DNA of 64,000 nucleotides from Haloferacaceae archaeon B1-Br10_E2g22 (GCA_001563795.1 LKML01000001.1:5953-69952), one strand, 5' to 3'. Shown: positions 10,471 to 21,031, numbered from the stretch's first letter. Numbers and translations are program-made. The notes: a model not told the origin generated them from the sequence alone.

Positions 10471-10890
10471 GTGCCCACCGATCCAACCGACGATGATGAC
10501 GTCATCGAGCAGTTGGTAGGCTTCGTTTCGGATCGGCCTGAGGCCGACCAGCCGTTTGGTGACTCTGAGCCGTCGGTGTCCATTCCTGAGGCTCCCTCAG
10601 TGCCTGAGTACGGAACCGACAGCTTCGATTCCGAGGAGTTGAGTAGTGATCTCTCGGACGTCGACAGCGACCTCCTTTCGGTGTTTACCGTCTGCGTGCT
10701 GTTGACCAAAGTCGGTGTGCTGTTGGTGAGCGCCGGTATCCTGCTGGTTGTGTTCCGTGGACACCTCGAGTTCGGCGGCGGCCTCGTGTTGGTGGGTTCG
10801 GTTGCACTCGTCCGCGTTGTCCACAAGTACCGAACCTACACACACTCGCAGGCTGGCAACGAATCAGACCCAACAGAGCACAACGGATAA
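10471..10890 (+). CDS. Hypothetical membrane protein (2 TM)
   Basis: Acidic N-terminus then two hydrophobic segments; GTG start at 10471 inferred. Confidence 0.6.
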   Translation: MPTDPTDDDDVIEQLVGFVSDRPEADQPFGDSEPSVSIPEAPSVPEYGTDSFDSEELSSDLSDVDSDLLSVFTVCVLLTKVGVLLVSAGILLVVFRGHLEFGGGLVLVGSVALVRVVHKYRTYTHSQAGNESDPTEHNG

Positions 10891-10917
10891 CTCAGTTGGG
10901 AGCCTTTCGACAGCCGA

Positions 10918-11355
10918 ATGCAAACTGTCGTTGATGCTGAAGGCACCCACTACCTGCTTGTCAAACGCTCCAGCGATGCGAGTCTCGTCCGAGACCCCGA
11001 GACAGGCTCCGAACAGTACATCAACAGTGATCAACTCAGCGTCGTCGACGGCGAATCGCCGCTGGTCACGGCGGCCTCGGCAATCGACCCCGCTGTTCGA
11101 CGGCTGCTTTCGGCAGCCCACGACGACCGCTCGCTTGGGCTCATCATCGAGTTGGTCGATCGTGGGCCCTGTTCGACGCTCGCGTTGCTCGAGGGCTATG
11201 GGCTCTGTGAAAGCGACCTTCACGGCCTGCTTGGAGAGTTCCGGGCTGCCGGGCTCGCCAAAGAGGCGACAGCCCAAGGCCGTCGTGGGTACGATGCAAC
11301 TGACCTCGCTCGGCAGGCAGTCGACCACTTGCGCAGGCCCGCAGACAGCACGTAG
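10918..11355 (+). CDS. Conserved hypothetical protein with C-terminal winged-helix-like region
   Basis: Acidic 145-aa ORF, YLLVKRS..SLVRDPETG...CESDLHGLLGEFRAAGL. Confidence 0.7.
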   Translation: MQTVVDAEGTHYLLVKRSSDASLVRDPETGSEQYINSDQLSVVDGESPLVTAASAIDPAVRRLLSAAHDDRSLGLIIELVDRGPCSTLALLEGYGLCESDLHGLLGEFRAAGLAKEATAQGRRGYDATDLARQAVDHLRRPADST

Positions 11356-11376
11356 TTGTCGTCTGGGTTGTGCTGT

Positions 11377-14076
11377 TCAGTCGTCGCCGACACTACCCAG
11401 CATTGCCAGGCCGGCCGTTTCGGTGTGGCTCACCGTCGATTGGTTTGTCGTCGGATTCTTTTCGACCGTGATTAGTTCGTCGGCTGCCCCGACTAGTTCG
11501 TCATCGTGGCTTACGATCAGAATCTGGCGAACACCGAAGCCACGCATCTCTTCGACGAGATCGACCAGTCGGCCGACATGTCCCGAATCTAAAAAGACAG
11601 TCGGCTCATCGAGAATCAACGGCGGCGTCGGAGCAGCCCCGTCGATCCCCTCGGCCAACAGCCGATAGATCGCACACCGAAGACTCAGATTGAACAGTGC
11701 GCGCTCGCCGCCCGAAAGCTGTTCGGGCTCGAGCGTCTGGTCGTCTTTCTGGTAGACTGTAAGTTCGTAGTTCCCGTCGAGTTCGATACGCGAGTAGGCG
11801 TCGTTGCCGTAGACGAGATCGAACGTCTCGTTGAGCATTCGTTCGAGACTCTCGACGTTTTTCCGCCGGAGTTCTCCTCGAAGCTCGCCGTACATCGATT
11901 CGAGCCGGTCGGTTTCGTCGTGGATCGCCTCGAGTTCGTCGACGCGCTCGACGAGTGCCTCACGGTCGGCTTTGAGCTCTTCGAGTTGGCTGATGTCGGC
12001 TTTGATCCCGCCGATGGCGTTCTGGAGTTCGTCGCGCTGCTGACGACGGCTGTTGAGTTCTGCCTGGACGTCCTCGAGATAGTTTTCGGCCCTTTGTTTC
12101 CGCTTGCGGGCTTTCTCGATTGCTGGCTTGTCGAACTGCTCGCTGAGTTCGTCGCGCCGGTCGCGTTTGTCGGCGAGCCACTCGCGTCGGTCTGCATTGC
12201 GTTCGGCCAGTGACTCTCGTTTCTCAGAGAGGTGTTCGATCTGGGCGCTGAGACCGTCGATCTCGCTTTGAAGTTCTTCGAGCGTCTCGAGCCGCTCGAT
12301 TCGCCCGGAGATCGTCTCGCGTTTTTCTGTCAGTGTGTCGATCTCCTCGCGGGTTTCGGCGGCTTCGGTACGTTTCTGTTCGGCAGCCTCTCTGCGCTCG
12401 GCGGCCTGTTGGTGTTTTTCGGCCGCAGTTTGTCGGTTCGTCTCTGCGCGTTCGCGTTTTTTCGTAGCTGTCTGGCGGTGGGTTTCGATCCGTTCGGCCA
12501 GTCGCTCGCGGTCGGCTTCGAGTTCGGTGAGTGTTGATTCGGCCTCAACGAGTTCGGCGGCCGCCTCGAGTTTCGTCTCGAGTTCCTCACGAGTTTCTTC
12601 GAGATCGCTGATCTCACCATTGAGTTCCGCAACGCGCTCGCGCTCGCCGTTGATTTCGGTCACGTGCGGGGCTTCCTCAGCCGGCTGGCCGCAGGTCGGA
12701 CAGTTGCCTTCGGCCAGCAGGTCTTCGGCCTCTGCAATCGACTCCTCGAGGCTGTTTCGGGTCGCTTTGGTTTCGGCCAACTGCTCTCCGACCGTCTGTT
12801 TACGCTCATAGAGCTGCTGGCGATGGCTGGTTGCCTCACCAACTTCAATTGGTGTCTCCTCGAACCGCGCGCGGAGCGCTAACTGCTCGTCGGCCACCGC
12901 TTTGCGCTTTTCTTTGGCTGCTTCGGCGGCCTGTTCGGCCTCCTCGGCGGCCTGTTTTGCCTCTTCGGCGGCCTGTTCGGCTTCGTTGCCAGCGGTCTCT
13001 AGTTCGGTGGCTGTTTTCTCGAGATTGTCCGCCTGATTTTCATAGCCCGTCGCACGCACCCGAAGATCCGAAATCTCTTGACCAGTCTCTTCGCGACGCT
13101 CGAGAAGCGCCGATTTCTGCGCAGCAATCGCCTCGGCGTTCGCTGCCTCGAGTTCGGTCTCAGCGACCAACCCTGTGAGTTTCGTTTCGTGTTGCTCGCG
13201 GGTCTCGCGGGCAGTTTTTCGCTGGTCGCTAAGTTTGTCACGTTCGCTTGCTGTTTGGCTGATTGCTGTCTCGAGTTCCTGGATTTCGGCTTCGAGTTCT
13301 TGGATTTCGGCCTGGTGTGTATCGTACTCCGAGAGCGTCTCAGTGGCCTCTTCGCGGGCGGTCTCAGCCTTCTGTCGCTGCTGTTCGTAATTTTCGATCT
13401 CGCTTTTGACCGCTTCGAGGTCGCTTTCGCGTTCGTTGAGCCGGCCGTGGAGGTTCTGTGATTCTTTCGACTCGATTTGGTCTGAAACCGTCTCCAGCGA
13501 CCCACGGGCGGCGGTCAGTACGTCCTCGACACCGAGTCGGGCCTGGCCGGCGCGATCACGGTACGTCTCGAGCATCCCCAACTGCAATAGATCATCCAGC
13601 ATGTCCTGTCGCTGGGCCGGTGTGGCATTGATCAACTTATTTACCTCTCCCTGTCGAACGTATGCACAGTTGACGAACGCCTCGCTGTCCATCCGTAGCA
13701 GTTCAGTAACGTATTTTCGGACTGCGCGTGCGCCGTCTCGCGTGATCGGCTCGCCGCTACTGTCGTCGCCCTCGAGGACGCATTTGCTAGTAGCCACTCG
13801 CTCGCCGCGCATACGAAGTTGGCGTTCGATCTGATAGCCGACGCCGTCGTGGCTGAACCACAACTCGACGGCGGCTTCGTCGGTGCCGTTTCGGAGCACA
13901 TCCTCCAGGGTTCCGGAGAGGGCTTTCGAGCCATACAGTGCGAAAAAGCAGGCCTCGAGCAGCGAGGATTTCCCGCTGCCGTTGAGCCCGTGGATAACGG
14001 TCACACCGTCCCGAAACCGCACATCGACATCACCGTACGGCTTGAAGTTCGAGAGCCGAAGCCGACTAAATCTCAT
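11377..14076 (-). CDS. rad50: DNA double-strand break repair ATPase Rad50
   Basis: Walker A GLNGSGKSS, YVRQGE Q-loop, long coiled coil, CPTC zinc hook, LSGGE, LILDEPT. Confidence 0.97.
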   Translation of the reverse strand: MRFSRLRLSNFKPYGDVDVRFRDGVTVIHGLNGSGKSSLLEACFFALYGSKALSGTLEDVLRNGTDEAAVELWFSHDGVGYQIERQLRMRGERVATSKCVLEGDDSSGEPITRDGARAVRKYVTELLRMDSEAFVNCAYVRQGEVNKLINATPAQRQDMLDDLLQLGMLETYRDRAGQARLGVEDVLTAARGSLETVSDQIESKESQNLHGRLNERESDLEAVKSEIENYEQQRQKAETAREEATETLSEYDTHQAEIQELEAEIQELETAISQTASERDKLSDQRKTARETREQHETKLTGLVAETELEAANAEAIAAQKSALLERREETGQEISDLRVRATGYENQADNLEKTATELETAGNEAEQAAEEAKQAAEEAEQAAEAAKEKRKAVADEQLALRARFEETPIEVGEATSHRQQLYERKQTVGEQLAETKATRNSLEESIAEAEDLLAEGNCPTCGQPAEEAPHVTEINGERERVAELNGEISDLEETREELETKLEAAAELVEAESTLTELEADRERLAERIETHRQTATKKRERAETNRQTAAEKHQQAAERREAAEQKRTEAAETREEIDTLTEKRETISGRIERLETLEELQSEIDGLSAQIEHLSEKRESLAERNADRREWLADKRDRRDELSEQFDKPAIEKARKRKQRAENYLEDVQAELNSRRQQRDELQNAIGGIKADISQLEELKADREALVERVDELEAIHDETDRLESMYGELRGELRRKNVESLERMLNETFDLVYGNDAYSRIELDGNYELTVYQKDDQTLEPEQLSGGERALFNLSLRCAIYRLLAEGIDGAAPTPPLILDEPTVFLDSGHVGRLVDLVEEMRGFGVRQILIVSHDDELVGAADELITVEKNPTTNQSTVSHTETAGLAMLGSVGDD
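12922..12984. repeat. Three tandem 21-nt units inside the rad50 coiled coil
   Basis: ttcggcggcctgttcggcctc / ctcggcggcctgttttgcctc / ttcggcggcctgttcggcttc encoding EAEQAAE-EAKQAAE-EAEQAAE. Confidence 0.8.
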
Positions 14077-15332
14077 TGGAGATCCTCCATTGTGAGTTGG
14101 CCGTCATCCGACGAAGGGTTCGTCTCGGCATTCGAACGCTGGGTTTCGCTCGTCGTATCGGTAGCTACTGGAATGTCCTCGTCAGCGTCGGCGGCCGTCT
14201 CGGCTTTGGCAGTCTCGTCTTGACCGTCTTCGAGGGTGTCTTCGAGCACCTGTTTGACCTGCGTTCGGACGTTACTGTTTGCGATTTTACTCGCTCGGAT
14301 CGTCTCGTCGATGTCGAGTGCGATCTCCGAGAGTTCCATCTCACGGATTCTTTCATCAACGGCCGCATCAGGATCTGCAAAGCTCACCGACAGTTCGGTC
14401 TTGGAGTCGATCTCCCGGCGGTCGGTCACACGGGCGACCAGCGCGCCGCCGTCGAGCGCGAACTCCTCGATTGTTGCGGGAGTGACTGGCTCGCCGTCAC
14501 CGGTGATCTCGATGATCACGACCGCATCCTCGAGGTCGTAGGCTCCGACCTTCTCGCGAACTCGAGGGGCTCCTTCGCTGGCCGAAAGTTCGACGCTGAC
14601 GAAAACGAACGGACGAGTCTCGAGTGCGCGTTGTCGGATGTCGACGCCTGCCGGGCCGGTGGTGTCGCTGTCAAATTCGACGACGTTGTAGCCGCGGCCG
14701 GCCCGTTCGCTTGCGCTGGCTCGTTCGGTCGATCCACAGTAGGTGATCCAGGTCTCGTCTACTTTCTCGGTGCCCGCAGCGTGGTTGTCGCCGACAAGCA
14801 TCGCATCGAACGCGACAGTCGAACCCTCGAGGATTGTCTCAGTCTCCCAGTTGGCATGCGCAAACGGACTGAAAAGGCCGTGGCTCACGAGAGCCGTATG
14901 GCTGGCCGATTCCGGGGGCGAAAACTCATACTCGAGTTCCTCGCGCCTCGAGACAGGCACGTGGTCGAGTCCGTACACTGCCACGTCTTCGACCATCAGT
15001 GGGTCGGCCCCGAGTCGTTCGGCGAGATCCATACGCTCGAAAAGATCTAGCCACTGGCCGCCGCGCGTCGATTCATGGTTACCGACAACCGCGAGAAACG
15101 GAATCTCCGCGCTGGCGAGCGTTCGGAGCGCGCTGAGTGTCCCCAACAGATCAGGCAGTTCGGGCCGACGGTCGTGGAACAGATCGCCCGCATGGATGAC
15201 TGCCGCAACGTCCATTTCTATGGCGTCTGCTACCACCTGCTCGAAGGCCGCCAAGAAATCGTCTCGACGCTCCGGAGAGTGGTACTGCTGGTAGCCGATG
15301 TGGGTGTCGCCGGTGTGTATCACCCGTGTCAT
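14073..15332 (-). CDS. mre11: DNA double-strand break repair nuclease Mre11
   Basis: HTGDTHIG, AGDLFH, VGNHE, SHG, GDNH phosphoesterase motifs; coupled to rad50; start MTRVIH at 15332. Confidence 0.96.
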   Translation of the reverse strand: MTRVIHTGDTHIGYQQYHSPERRDDFLAAFEQVVADAIEMDVAAVIHAGDLFHDRRPELPDLLGTLSALRTLASAEIPFLAVVGNHESTRGGQWLDLFERMDLAERLGADPLMVEDVAVYGLDHVPVSRREELEYEFSPPESASHTALVSHGLFSPFAHANWETETILEGSTVAFDAMLVGDNHAAGTEKVDETWITYCGSTERASASERAGRGYNVVEFDSDTTGPAGVDIRQRALETRPFVFVSVELSASEGAPRVREKVGAYDLEDAVVIIEITGDGEPVTPATIEEFALDGGALVARVTDRREIDSKTELSVSFADPDAAVDERIREMELSEIALDIDETIRASKIANSNVRTQVKQVLEDTLEDGQDETAKAETAADADEDIPVATDTTSETQRSNAETNPSSDDGQLTMEDLQ

Positions 15333-15342
15333 TACTCTCTGT

Positions 15343-15639
15343 TTACTCGTCGTCTGGTATAGTGGTTCCGCGCGGTGACAGAGCCCTCCGAGCAACTCGC
15401 CCCCGTCTGGCCCACTCGTCGTGGCCGTCGGCCTCAGCAGCCTCTATTGCCTGTTCGAGTCTCTCGAGGCCGCCGGTCTCGCAGAATCGTCTTGCGTGGG
15501 CTGTGGTGGCCTGACAGCGTTCGGCCTCCCTGATCACGCCTGCGTACGGCGGGGCTGCGAGATGCCGTGTTCGGCCCAACCGACGCCAGAGGTTTCGGCC
15601 GACCGTCTCGAGTCGGGTTTTGAGCGATGAGCGATGCAT
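15343..15639 (-). CDS. Hypothetical protein
   Basis: Fills the gap between the HTH gene and mre11 in the same orientation; acidic helical C-terminal half; start uncertain. Confidence 0.4.
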   Translation of the reverse strand: MHRSSLKTRLETVGRNLWRRLGRTRHLAAPPYAGVIREAERCQATTAHARRFCETGGLERLEQAIEAAEADGHDEWARRGRVARRALSPRGTTIPDDE

Positions 15640-15707
15640 CAAAATCGCATGGTCGCCTGTTAGTTGATAAAATTTGGGTGAAAATCAGCGGGAAATCGGC
15701 TTCGGCG

Positions 15708-15968
15708 TTAGATGTTGAGGGTGTAGAGCCGTTTGCGCGCATCAGAAAAGGAAAACCGAGATTCGACTGCGTCGGCGTCCTCGAGGCGGCTCAGCGCGTA
15801 TCGAACTGTTCGAGGGGGCAAAAGCGTTTCCTCGGCAAGCTCACTTTGGGTGAGTGTGTCGTTGTACTCTAAGACTTTTGCGACGAGCTTTGCACTCGGC
15901 GGGAGTTCGCGAACAACATCCCACGGATCGGCTGGTTCGTCGCTGGAAACAGCTTCTGGCGCACTCAT
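15708..15968 (-). CDS. Winged-helix (MarR-like) transcriptional regulator
   Basis: LPPSAKLVAKVLEY..TLTQSELAEETLLPPRTVRYALSRL..DARKRLY. Confidence 0.85.
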   Translation of the reverse strand: MSAPEAVSSDEPADPWDVVRELPPSAKLVAKVLEYNDTLTQSELAEETLLPPRTVRYALSRLEDADAVESRFSFSDARKRLYTLNI

Positions 15969-16112
15969 GGTTGTCAATTATTGGTGAATGCTGTATGATA
16001 ATACTTGCTATAAATTTCCATTACTTTTACTCATCGTTGGCGACTGCTGTTGGATGTCACAGACTGCCATCCGACCCGAAACCTCTTATTAATCACTGCC
16101 CTAGTCCAGCCG

Positions 16113-17327
16113 ATGACTGACACTGTGGACGACGTCGAACTACCCTATGAGGAGACGGCGTCCCGCCAAGACAAAATCGAGGCACTTCAAGAGCGACTTG
16201 GCGTTATCGAGTCCCAAAACGAAGAAATGCGGGACAAACTGCTGGACGCCAACGCTGAGAACAACAAGTACAAACAGAAACTCGAGCGGCTGACTCACGA
16301 AAACAAGAAGCTCAAACAGTCGCCGCTGTTTGTTGCAACTGTCCAGGAACTCTCCGATGAGGGTGTAATTATCAAACAGCACGGTAACAACCAGGAGGCA
16401 CTCACGGAGGTTACCGACGACATGCGTGCCGACCTCGAGCCAGACGCCCGAGTTGCAGTCAACAACTCGCTTTCTATTGTCAAGCGGCTCGACAACGAAA
16501 CTGACGTGCGCGCTCGCGTGATGCAAGTTGACCACAGTCCTGATGTGAACTACGAGGATATCGGCGGGCTCGAAGACCAGATGCAGGAGGTACGCGAGAC
16601 TGTCGAGATGCCGCTTGATCGCCCCGAGATGTTCGAAGAAGTCGGCATTAGCCCACCGTCAGGCGTCCTGCTGTACGGCCCGCCCGGCACCGGCAAAACA
16701 ATGTTGGCCAAGGCGGTCGCCAACCAGACCAACGCGTCGTTTATCAAAATGGCCGGCTCCGAGTTAGTCCACAAATTCATCGGCGAAGGTGCCAAACTCG
16801 TTCGGGATCTGTTCGAAGTTGCCCGCGAGAACGAGCCTGCGGTGATTTTTATCGATGAGATTGACGCGATTGCCTCCAAGCGAACAGACTCGAAAACCTC
16901 GGGCGACGCCGAAGTCCAGCGGACGATGATGCAACTGCTCAGCGAGATGGATGGCTTTGACGAACGCGGCGAAATCCGGATTATTGCGGCGACCAATCGC
17001 TTCGATATGCTCGATCCCGCTATCTTGCGACCAGGCCGCTTTGACCGGCTTATCGAAGTGCCGAAACCCGAAGCCGACGGCCGAGAGATCATCTTCAAGA
17101 TCCACACTCGCAACATGAACGTCTCCGAGGATGTTGATTTCCATGAGTTGGCCGAGCTGGCCGACGACGCCTCGGGTGCAGACATCAAGGCAGTCTGTAC
17201 GGAAGCCGGGATGTTTGCAATTCGGGACGACCGAACCGAAGTCTATCGGCAGGACTTCGTCGATGCCTGGCAGAAAATACAGGTCGAAGACACAGACGAC
17301 GCCGGCAGCTCGCTGGCGTTCGCCTAA
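16113..17327 (+). CDS. panA: Proteasome-activating nucleotidase (AAA+ ATPase)
   Basis: N-terminal coiled coil, OB domain, [26 protein letters not shown]-terminal LAFA; start MTDTVD at 16113. Confidence 0.95.
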   Translation: MTDTVDDVELPYEETASRQDKIEALQERLGVIESQNEEMRDKLLDANAENNKYKQKLERLTHENKKLKQSPLFVATVQELSDEGVIIKQHGNNQEALTEVTDDMRADLEPDARVAVNNSLSIVKRLDNETDVRARVMQVDHSPDVNYEDIGGLEDQMQEVRETVEMPLDRPEMFEEVGISPPSGVLLYGPPGTGKTMLAKAVANQTNASFIKMAGSELVHKFIGEGAKLVRDLFEVARENEPAVIFIDEIDAIASKRTDSKTSGDAEVQRTMMQLLSEMDGFDERGEIRIIAATNRFDMLDPAILRPGRFDRLIEVPKPEADGREIIFKIHTRNMNVSEDVDFHELAELADDASGADIKAVCTEAGMFAIRDDRTEVYRQDFVDAWQKIQVEDTDDAGSSLAFA

Positions 17328-17388
17328 CCTCGAGTCTCGGTTTTCGGCTCGATGTGTTTTAGCTCAACAGGACGACCACTAGCCGTGA

Positions 17389-18435
17389 CTACTGGTCGAA
17401 TACGACGAGATCGCGTCGAGCGACGCCGACCGAAACGGTCTGGCCGACCGCAGGCGGAGAGTGCTGTACGGTTCCGATCAATCTCTCGCTGGCCGCTAGT
17501 TCGATCTCGACATCGTACCGTGTGCCACGATCCGAAACAGCGGTGACCTGCCCGGAAAACGTGATCTCGTCGCTCGAGGAGCTGTCGGTCGAGCCGACTG
17601 TTACTGCGTCGGGCCGGATCTGGACAACCGGGTGGTTCGATTCGGGAAGGCCTGGCCGTTCGATTTCGGTTCCGGCGACCGAAAGCACTGACCGTTCGCG
17701 ATCGACAACTGTTGCGGTCAACGTGTTCGAACGGCCGAGAAACGAGCCGACAAATCGGTTGGGCGGTGAGTGATACAGCCTGCGTGGCTCGCCGATGGCT
17801 TCGATCCGACCGTCTTGGATAACTACGAGTCGATCTGCCAGCGACATTGCCTCTTGCTGGTCGTGGGTAACAAACAGCGTCGTCACGCCGGTTTCGGCCT
17901 GAATCCGCCGAATTTCGTCTTGGAGCCGACGGCGCAACGCACGATCGAGTGCCGAAAGCGGCTCGTCCAACAACAGAATATCGGGTTCGGGAGCCAACGC
18001 GCGAGCCAACTCGACGCGGCGACGTTGTCCACCACTGAGTTCAGTTGTCATTGCATCACGCACAGCCGAGAGATCGACCAACGAAAGAAACGACTCGACC
18101 CGTTCGTGCCGCTCTGTCGGTCCGATTCCCTTTGCTTTGAGGCCGTAAGCGACGTTTTCGGCCACCGTCATATGTGGATACAGCGTTGGTTCCTGAAAGA
18201 CGACTCCAACGCCGCGGGCTTCGGGTGGCTGTGTGGTCACTGGTTCGCCGCGCAGCGAAATCGTTCCGGCTGTCGGCCGAATGTGGCCCGCAATCGCCTG
18301 GACGATCGTTGTTTTCCCACAGCCGCTCGGTCCCAACAGCGCGAGTAACTCGCCGTCGTTGGCCGTAAACGACACGTCGTCTATGGCTTGCTTGCTGCCG
18401 TACTGATGGCTGAGACCGTTGATCTCGAGTGTCAT
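17389..18435 (-). CDS. wtpC: Molybdate/tungstate ABC transporter ATPase
   Basis: GPSGCGKT, LSGGQ, LLLDEP, C-terminal TOBE-like domain; operon context. Confidence 0.8.
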   Translation of the reverse strand: MTLEINGLSHQYGSKQAIDDVSFTANDGELLALLGPSGCGKTTIVQAIAGHIRPTAGTISLRGEPVTTQPPEARGVGVVFQEPTLYPHMTVAENVAYGLKAKGIGPTERHERVESFLSLVDLSAVRDAMTTELSGGQRRRVELARALAPEPDILLLDEPLSALDRALRRRLQDEIRRIQAETGVTTLFVTHDQQEAMSLADRLVVIQDGRIEAIGEPRRLYHSPPNRFVGSFLGRSNTLTATVVDRERSVLSVAGTEIERPGLPESNHPVVQIRPDAVTVGSTDSSSSDEITFSGQVTAVSDRGTRYDVEIELAASERLIGTVQHSPPAVGQTVSVGVARRDLVVFDQ

Positions 18436-19250
18436 CGGTCGATCACCGTTGGCACCCGGCCGAGACGCTGGATGGCAGCGACAACCACGAGCGTGATCGC
18501 CAGCAACGCAACTGCAAGCGGAATGATGGCGTCGATCCCACTTGAGATAAACTCAACCCAGATCCGGGTCGGCATCGTCCGCGGGTTGTAGGCGACCATC
18601 ATCGTCGCACCGAACTCGCCGATTGCACGGGCAAACGTGAGAACAACCCCCGCGAGAATTGCCCCGCGGGCAAGCGGCAGCGAGACGTTCCAAAACGTCT
18701 TGAGCGGGCCGTATCCAAGCGACCGCGAGGCCTGCTCGAGTCGTTCGTCAATCGCACCAAACCCTGCCCGCGCAGTGATCACGACAAAGGGTGCGGCGAC
18801 GAACGTCTGGGCCAGAATAACACCAATGAGGCTGTCGGTAAGTGGAACTCCGAGGCTCGCGGCCGCCGAGCCAATCGGGGTAAATCGCCCGACTGCGGTG
18901 AGAATCATCGCCCCACCGACGACCGGTGGAATAATCAACGGGAGTATGACGAGTGCCTCGATGAGTCGTTTACCGCGGAACGACCTGCGGGCGAGTACGT
19001 ACGCCAGTGGAACCCCACAGACAGTCCCAATAAATGTCGAAACTGGAGCGGTAAGTAGTGAGTTGCGAATCGCAGTCTGTGCGGCCGGTTGCCTGAGTGT
19101 CTCGAAAATCGGCACTGAACTGCTCTGCCAGATGAAAAAGGCAAACGGCAACAGAAAGTACCCAACCAACAGCCCGCCCAACACCGCCGGCACCAGCAAT
19201 CCGGGCGCACGCTGTTGTGAACTAAACAGTCGGCGGCGACCGAGACTCAT
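18432..19250 (-). CDS. wtpB: Molybdate/tungstate ABC transporter permease
   Basis: LPLIIPPVVGG, LEQASRSLG (EAA loop), FARAIGEFGAT. Confidence 0.85.
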   Translation of the reverse strand: MSLGRRRLFSSQQRAPGLLVPAVLGGLLVGYFLLPFAFFIWQSSSVPIFETLRQPAAQTAIRNSLLTAPVSTFIGTVCGVPLAYVLARRSFRGKRLIEALVILPLIIPPVVGGAMILTAVGRFTPIGSAAASLGVPLTDSLIGVILAQTFVAAPFVVITARAGFGAIDERLEQASRSLGYGPLKTFWNVSLPLARGAILAGVVLTFARAIGEFGATMMVAYNPRTMPTRIWVEFISSGIDAIIPLAVALLAITLVVVAAIQRLGRVPTVIDR

Positions 19251-20161
19251 TGCTGTATTTCGTCGGGGACAGCCCCATGATTGTTTGGAAATCCTTCGAC
19301 GGTCAGTCCGTTTTCAGCCAGTAACTGCTCGGCCTCGGCGAGAAACCGAACGAACGACCGGCCAGCATCCGGATTGTCCGCACGATCAATGACGGTCGCG
19401 TTGTAGATGATCGCATTCCCGTCAGCGGTATAGCCCTCATCAGTGGTGTAGCTCACACTGGCGTAGTGGTCTTCGTAGTCGGGATTCGCGAAGTTATAGC
19501 TGTCTGGAAACTCAACGAACGGCAGGCCGTGATCGACGGCCATATTCCGGTAGGAAACAGCTGCCGCCCGGTTGCCTGCCTCGAGGCCGGCTAACAGTTG
19601 TGGCTCTTCGGGTTCGCGGTAGACGGCTTCGGAGAGCTGCTCGACAAATCCCTCGAGGCCGTATTCGGCTTCGGCCAACTCAAAGGCCAACATCGCTCGA
19701 TAGCCCAGCGGGTCGAGATCCGGATCGCTGATCGCGAGTTCGCCGTCATCGACAGTTTCTGCGAGCTCGTACCATGGCTCGTCGTTTTCGAGGCGACGGC
19801 CGAACTCCGAGTCAGGATTGTAGGCGAGTCCAACCGAGTTCGAAGCGAACTCGACATCCCAGTCGGTGTGGGATTCATAGAGTCGATCACGCAACAGGAC
19901 GTTGTCGGCACTGATGACGACATCCGGATGTTTCTGGCCGTCTTCGACCATCCGCATGACGGCGTTTGCCCCGTAGTACTCTCCGCGGAACGCTATGCCG
20001 TGTTCGTCCGCAAACGCCTGGCCGAGGTGGTCTTCGAGGACGACCGCGAGACTCCCTGCAGACAGCACCGAGACTGTCTGGTCGTCCAGACAGCCCGCCA
20101 GCCCGACGACACCGCCGCCTGCGACGGTTCTGAGAAACCCGCGGCGTGACTGCATACTCAT
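19247..20161 (-). CDS. wtpA: Molybdate/tungstate-binding lipoprotein (Tat signal)
   Basis: SRRGFL Tat motif, LAGC lipobox, AGSL, SAD, SDPDLDPLGYR motifs of WtpA; start at 20161. Confidence 0.85.
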   Translation of the reverse strand: MSMQSRRGFLRTVAGGGVVGLAGCLDDQTVSVLSAGSLAVVLEDHLGQAFADEHGIAFRGEYYGANAVMRMVEDGQKHPDVVISADNVLLRDRLYESHTDWDVEFASNSVGLAYNPDSEFGRRLENDEPWYELAETVDDGELAISDPDLDPLGYRAMLAFELAEAEYGLEGFVEQLSEAVYREPEEPQLLAGLEAGNRAAAVSYRNMAVDHGLPFVEFPDSYNFANPDYEDHYASVSYTTDEGYTADGNAIIYNATVIDRADNPDAGRSFVRFLAEAEQLLAENGLTVEGFPNNHGAVPDEIQQ

Positions 20162-20343
20162 TGTCTGTTTCTGGTCGCTTGTCGCATATAAGCAACTGTA
20201 TACGCTGTCTGTGTTGCCGATTAGAAACAGCTGTCTGTTTCGCCGGGCGACCAAGAGACCCGAATGTTACCGGATTCGATTTAGTCTGTGTTTCGAAACG
20301 GCCAGTCCGAATCACTCAACAGCCTCCCCGACCACCGGCCTGT

Positions 20344-21030
20344 ATGGGCAATCCACATGACAGTCGCGGCGAGCAGACTCTCGAGGTAATCGATAGGCTC
20401 TATGAGGCCTACCCCGAGACGACAATCTCGCTTTCGTTTTCGAGCCGTCTCGAGCTTCTCATTGCAGTAATGCTGTCGGCACAGTGTACTGACGAACGAG
20501 TCAACACGGTCACCGCAGAGCTGTTCGAAAAATACGACGGCGCGGCCGACTACGCCGCCGCCGACCAAGAGGAACTCGCCGAAGACATCTCGTCGATCAC
20601 CTACTACAACAACAAGGCCAAATACATCCGGTCGGCCTGCACGGATATCCTCGAGAAACACGACGGCGAGGTACCGGATACGATGGACGAACTCACCGAT
20701 CTCATGGGCGTTGGTCGCAAAACCGCCAACGTCGTCCTCCAGCACGGCCACCAGATCGTCGAGGGAATCGTCGTCGATACCCACGTCCAGCGGATTTCCC
20801 GACGGCTCGGGATTACCGAAGAACACCGTCCAGAAGCCATCGAACGGGATCTGATGGGCATCGTCCCCGAAGAAGACTGGCAGTGGTACACCCACCTGAT
20901 GATCACTCACGGCCGAGAGACCTGTACGGCGATCAACCCCGACTGTTCGGCGTGTCTGCTCGAGGACATCTGTCCGTCTTCAAAACTCGACAACGACGTA
21001 GATCTCGCTTCCGGAGACGCCTGGGAGTAA
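20344..21030 (+). CDS. nth: Endonuclease III
   Basis: LSAQCTD, HhH GVGRKTANVVL, VDTHV, C-x6-C-x2-C-x5-C Fe-S motif; start MGNPHD at 20344. Confidence 0.95.
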   Translation: MGNPHDSRGEQTLEVIDRLYEAYPETTISLSFSSRLELLIAVMLSAQCTDERVNTVTAELFEKYDGAADYAAADQEELAEDISSITYYNNKAKYIRSACTDILEKHDGEVPDTMDELTDLMGVGRKTANVVLQHGHQIVEGIVVDTHVQRISRRLGITEEHRPEAIERDLMGIVPEEDWQWYTHLMITHGRETCTAINPDCSACLLEDICPSSKLDNDVDLASGDAWE

Positions 21031-21031
21031 C

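Noticed and set aside
10748-11668. 306-aa + strand ORF and 174-aa - strand ORF (10302-10826)
   Set aside because: Ser/Arg/Thr-rich alternative frames overlapping better-supported genes
11377-15332. mre11-rad50 without herA/nurA
   Set aside because: Normal for haloarchaea
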